From: Phyllobates terribilis
Taxonomy: Eukaryota
Direction: 5' to 3'
Length of the DNA: 64,000 nt
Assembly (NCBI RefSeq): GCF_046119375.1
Contig: NW_027362761.1
Coordinates: 1,213,650,001-1,213,714,000, forward strand
Both the position numbers and the translations under genes were made by a program. Below are positions 59,039 to 64,000 of the stretch, piece by piece. Position 1 is the stretch's first letter, and each line of letters starts with the position of its first letter. The notes beneath the pieces are model-generated. The model was given only the letters and a program-made list of their open reading frames with translations. It made no database searches and had not been told where the DNA came from.

Positions 59039-61948
59039 GAGTCTCAGTACATTCGCCTTTCTCCTCAGTGTTTAGCACACAGCTCCTTCTGCCCTGTCAG
59101 ATGGTTGTCCTGTGTGTCTTAGTACTTCCGCGGTTCTCCTCAGGGTTTAGCACACAGCTCCTTCTGCCCTGTCAGATGATTGTCCTGTGTGTCTTAGTAC
59201 TTCCGCGGTTCTCCTCAGTGTTTAGCACACAGCTCCTTCTGCCCTGTCAGCTGATTGTCCTGTGTGTCTCACACATCCGCGGTTCTCCTCAGTGTTTATC
59301 ACACAGCTCCTTCTGCCCTGTCAGATTATTGTCCTGTGTGTCTTAGTACATCCGCGGTTCTCCTCAGTGTTTAGCACACAGCTCCTTCTGCCCTGTCAGA
59401 TTATTGTCCTGTGTGTCTTAGTACATCCGCGGTTCTCCTCAGTGTTTATCACACAGCTCCTTCTGCCCTGTCAGATTATTGTCCTGTGTGTCTTAGTACA
59501 TCCGCGGTTCTCCTCAGTGTTTAGCACACAGCTCCTTCTGCCCTGTCAGATTATTGTCCTGTGTGTCTTAGTACATCCGCGGTTCTCCTCAGTGTTTAGC
59601 ACACAGCTCCTTCTACCCTGTCAGATGGTTGTCCTGTGTGTCTTAGTACATCCGCGGTTCTCCTCAGTGTTTAGCACACAGCTCCTTCTGCCCTGTCAGA
59701 TGGTTGTCCTGTGTGTCTTAGTACTTCCGCGGTTCTCCTCAGGGTTTAGCACACAGCTCCTTCTGCCCTGTCAGATTATTGTCCTGTGTGTCTTAGTACA
59801 TCCGCGGTTCTCCTCAGTGTTTAGCACACAGCTCCTTCTGCCCTGTCAGATGATTGTCCTGTGTGTCTTAGTACATCCGCAGTTCTCCTCAGGGTTTAGC
59901 ACACAGCTCCTTCTGCCCTGTCAGCTGATTGTCCTGTGTGTCTTAGTACTTCCGCGGTTCTCCTCAGTGTTTAGCACACAGCTCCTTCTGCCCTGTCAGA
60001 TGGTTGTCCTGTGTGTCTTAGTACTTCCGCGGATCTCCTCAGTGTTTAGCACACAGCTCCTTCTGCCCTGTCAGCTGATTGTCCTGTGTGTCTTAGTACT
60101 TCCGCGGATCTCCTCAGTGTTTAGCACACAGCTCCTTCTGCCCTGTCAGATGGTTGTCCTGTGTGTCTTAGTACTTCCGCGGATCTCCTCAGTGTTTAGC
60201 ACACAGCTCCTTCTACCCTGTCAGATGGTTGTCCTGTGTGTCTTAGTACATCCGCGGTTCTCCTCATTGTTTAGCGCACAGCTCCTTCTGCCCTGTCAGA
60301 TGGTTGTCCTGTGTGTCTTAGTACTTCCGCGGATCTCCTCAGTGTTTAGCGCACAGCTCCTTCTGCCCTGTCAGCTGATTGTCCTGTGTGTCTTAGTACT
60401 TCCGCGGTTCTCCTCAGGGTTTAGCACACAGCTCCTTCTGCCCTGTCAGATGATTGTCCTGTGTGTCTTAGTACATCCGCGGTTCTCCTCAGTGTTTAGC
60501 ACACAGCTCCTTCTGCCCTGTCAGATGAACATTCCTGTATGTCGCAGTAACACCAGCAGGTTTTCCCAGTGTTTAGCACACAGCTCCGTCTACCCTTTCA
60601 GCTGGTTGTCCTCGGTGTCTCAGTACATGGACAGTTCTCAGTGTTCAGCACACAGATGCTTCTGCCCGGACTGCTAATATTCCGTGTGCGTCTCGGTACA
60701 TCAGCAGATCTCCTCAGTGTTTAGCACACCACTCCTTCCGCTCTGTCAGAAGATACTTCTTATTTTACACAGTAACATTGGTAGTTCTCTGTTTTTGGCA
60801 CACGCTTCCTTCTCCCATTTTCAGCTGATAGTTCCTGTGTGTCTAAAAACTTTGGCAGTTCTCTCCAGTGTTTAGCACACAGCTGGTTCTGCCCCGTCAG
60901 CTGAATGTCCCATGGGTCTCAGTACATCGGCATTTTCTCAGTGTTTAGCACACAGCTCCTTCTGTCCTCTCAGTGGAAAGTTCCTGTGTTTCTCAGTAAC
61001 ACTGGTAGTTCTCCATTTTTAGCACTTTCTTCCTTCTCCCTTGTCAGCGGATAGTTCTTGTATGTCTGAAAATCTTCTGCTGTTCTCCTCAGTGATTAAC
61101 AAACAGCTCCTTCTGCCCTGTCCGCTGATAACTACTATATGTCTCAGTACATGAACAATTTTAATCAGTGTTTAGCACACAGCTCCTTTTGCCCCATCAA
61201 GTGACTGTCCTGTGTGTGTCTGTATATCGGCAGTCCTCATTGTTTAGCACACAGCTCCTTCTGCCCTGTCAGATTATTGTCCTGTGTGTCTTAGTACATC
61301 CGCGGTTCTCCTCAGTGTTTAGCACACAGCTCCTTCTGCCCTGTCAGATGATTGTCCTGTGTGTCTTTGTACTTCCGCGGATCTCCTCAGTGTTTAGCAC
61401 ACAGCTCCTTCTTCCCTGTCTGCTGATACATACTGTGTGTCTCAGTAGATCTGCAGATCTCCTAAGTGTTTACCACACGGCTCCTTTTGTTCTGTCTGCT
61501 GATATTTCCTGTTTCGCCACAGCCCAACTATCAGTATTTGGTTAGTATTTTTTCTCACTAGTCGGAGACAAAACCAGGAGTGGAGCTCCTTCTGCCCTGT
61601 CAGCAGCTTGTACTCTCTTTCAGTGCTTAACACAGCTCATTTTCCCCTGTCAGATGATTGTCCTGTGGGTCTCACACATCGTCATTCTCCTCAGGGTTTA
61701 GCAAATGGCTCCTTCTGTTCTGTCAGATGATTGTTCTGTTTTCCTCAGTACATCGGCAGTTCTCTTCAGGGTTTACCACACAGCTCCTTCTGCCCTGTCA
61801 GATGATTGTCCTGTGTGTCTCACACATCGGCAGTGCTCCTCAGGGTTTACCACACAGCTCCTTCTGCCCTGTCAGCAGCTTGTACTCTCTTTCAGTACAT
61901 TGGCAGTTTTCGTCAACGTTTCGCACAAAGTTTCTTCTGCCCAGTCAG
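59039..61948. repeat. 75/74-bp minisatellite (HOR5, longest)
   Basis: About 20 homogeneous monomers, then an extra diverged block at ~60529-61236. Confidence 0.95.
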
Positions 61949-61957
61949 CTAATAGAT

Positions 61958-63026
61958 CACACTAGACCTCCAGCAGCTTGGATTGTGACCTCTCCACTCT
62001 TCCTCCAGACTCTGGGACCTTGTGGAGTGTGTCAATGACTGCCTTCTGGACATCTGTCAAGTCAGCAGTCTTCCCCATGATTGTGGAGGCTACTGAAAGG
62101 ACTAAGGCAGAGGTCCCCAACCGCTGGTCCGCGGACCAGGACCGGGCCGTTGGGGTTTTTCAGCCGGTCCGCGGCGCCGCTGACAGCTAGCTCCGCGGCC
62201 CTGCGCCTGGTCAGAGCTCGCTCTGTGTGGATTTATAATGTTTTCTGCCATGGCCGTGACAGCTCGCAGCTCCCGGCAGAGAACATTATGCAGGACGGGG
62301 TGGGGCGTCGGGCGGGTCTTAGTGACGCGGCCCTCCTGCACAGCATGGTGTGTTTCTGATGGGGTGGGGCGGCAGGCTCTCCTCACTGACACGCCCCCGG
62401 CAGAACATGTTATGTGGGGCGTGCTGGGGCAGCAGACTGGCTTCAGTGACGCGGCTCCCGGTACCGGTGTTCAGTGTGTAGCGCTGCTAAGCAGCAGCGC
62501 TGTATACACTAACGCTCAATGTACAATGCTGCTACTTAGCAGCGCTGTACACCGAGGTCCCGCCAGCATCCTCCCCATACAGCTCCACCCCTCCATAACC
62601 CCACCCCCATATGACCAAAGCCCAGCCCCCACCCCCACCGGGCCATGGAAAACTGGTCTTGCTTAAAGCCGGTCCCTGGTGCAAAAAAGGTTGGGGACCT
62701 CTGGACTAAGGGACCTTTTTAAATGCTTCAGAAGTCTTTTGCTGGTGTTTTTTTTGTTTATTATTCTAATCTACTGTGATAATGACTTTTGTGTTTTCAT
62801 TGGCTGTAAGCCATAATGATCAACATTAACAGAAATAAACACTTGAAATAGAATCCCTCTGTGTGTAATGACTCTATATAATAGATCCCTCTGTGTGTAA
62901 TGACTCTATATAATAGATCCCTCTGTTTGTAATGACTCTATATAATATATGAGCTTCACTTTTGGTATTGAAGAACTGAAATAAATTAACTTTTTGATGA
63001 TATTCTAATTTTGTGAGATGCACTTG
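61958..63026 (-). mobile_element. Tc1-like remnant (HOR5), interrupted by a hAT MITE
   Basis: Same sequence as 26100-26849. Confidence 0.88.
62108..62703. mobile_element. hAT-family MITE (596 bp)
   Basis: TSD GACTAAGG; perfect TIRs; no deletion. Confidence 0.93.
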
Positions 63027-63192
63027 TATGTATCTTTTGTTTGCAGATTGTAACTTTTGCTTTTGTCAGACTAATTCTTCTCGTCAGACATCTTTTGGTT
63101 CGTTCTTCGCTGTAAATATGTGTCACTAATGTCCTGAAGGCAGAGAATGACTTGTGTAGATGAGAAGTAAACGATATGAGCCGGGCGCAGCA

Positions 63193-63277
63193 CCCAGCAT
63201 GTACAGCGTAGTGGTAGTGCTCCTGCCCTACATGCCGGTGACACGGGTTCGAATCCTGAGCTGTACTTATTGCTGGG
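63193..63277 (+). ncRNA. tRNA-like element (HOR5)
   Basis: Same as HOR3. Confidence 0.55.
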
Positions 63278-64000
63278 AGCTGAGAGAATGAACGACATCT
63301 ACATATGTACAACAAATCATCGCTGTTAATACCTGACTTTAACTTATTATTAAGTTTGACGTCTTTGAGCTTCTGTGTTTCCAAGTTTGCCGGAAAAACT
63401 AAAAACGAGCAAGAAAAATGTCTGAACCAAAAGAAACTCAAGACAAACCTTGTTTGCTGTGCACCATCAAGTGTGAATGTCTGCTCTGGAGAGTGATATG
63501 TGGCTCTGCTGGATAGTATATAAGGGCCAATATGGAGCCCAGTCATCAGCAGAAGCCGTACAGTCCTGGGCTGTATGGACCGTATGTTCTGACTTCAATA
63601 TCTATTGGAAACTGCGGTGAAAAGAACGATAAAGCTTCTGCCTTTCGTGGAAACATTGAGGATTTGAGTCCTGGCGTTGCTGCGTTAAGCACAGAGACCA
63701 TACTGAGCCCATAGTGATAGCACAGAGCACACCGGTACTGGTAACGATCGCTCCGATCACTGGGAGACACAACTTTCCATCAATATCATCTCTGACTTCT
63801 CTCAGATTGTAAAGCCAAAAAATTGACATAAGGAAACAAAGACAAAGTCTGACATGACATTCGCCAAAATACTGTTCATTGTGGTATCTGTGACCGGTCT
63901 GGAGCCGGACGACAGCACAGGACTAAATTTTAAACAGGAATAAGAGGGCTGCAGCTTTTAGCTGAATGAGAGGTCACACATCAGGCGAAAGGAGTAAAGG

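Larger units (their letters stand above)
24234..64000 (+). repeat. Higher-order repeat (HOR), 4 complete units and 1 partial
   Basis: Units start at ~24234, 34760, 44496, 52518 and 59039 (lengths ~10.5, 9.7, 8.0, 6.5 and >4.9 kb). Order in each: 75-bp satellite, Tc1 remnant, tRNA-like plus unique ~900 bp, partial 385-bp repeats, 663-bp array, 3' flank. Confidence 0.95.

Noticed and set aside
59262-60677. 471-aa ORF and the similar 100-211-aa ORFs with repeated LVHPRFSSVFSTQLLLPCQMIVLCV
   Set aside because: A by-product of a 75-bp (multiple of 3) minisatellite. The 74-bp monomers break the frame freely and the start is non-ATG.

Overview
Eukaryotic, repeat-built DNA, most likely from a frog (inferred from the Tc1, hAT and fold-back element types). 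The window is a multi-level tandem amplification of one intronless gene. Its 185-aa product has a signal peptide and, by eye, the four-cysteine spacing and helix motifs of a type I interferon, but is highly divergent (SPCTFKV in place of SPCAWEV). I count 36 copies: 5 intact full-length, 6 open but C-terminally truncated, and 25 disabled. Level 1 is a ~3.66-kb tandem unit (1-24 kb); its first copy carries a 5.5-kb hAT-type fold-back insertion with an 8-bp TSD. Level 2 is a ~663-bp promoter-plus-truncated-ORF tandem, with a GGT microhomology junction; only the last copy of each array keeps the native C-terminus and poly(A) signal. Level 3 is a 6.5-10.5-kb higher-order repeat (24-64 kb): 75-bp minisatellite, deleted Tc1 with a 32-bp VNTR and a polymorphic hAT MITE, tRNA-like Pol III element, a possible decayed Ig C1-set remnant, then the interferon-like array. 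All family assignments are by eye and from remembered consensus sequences; no searches were run.
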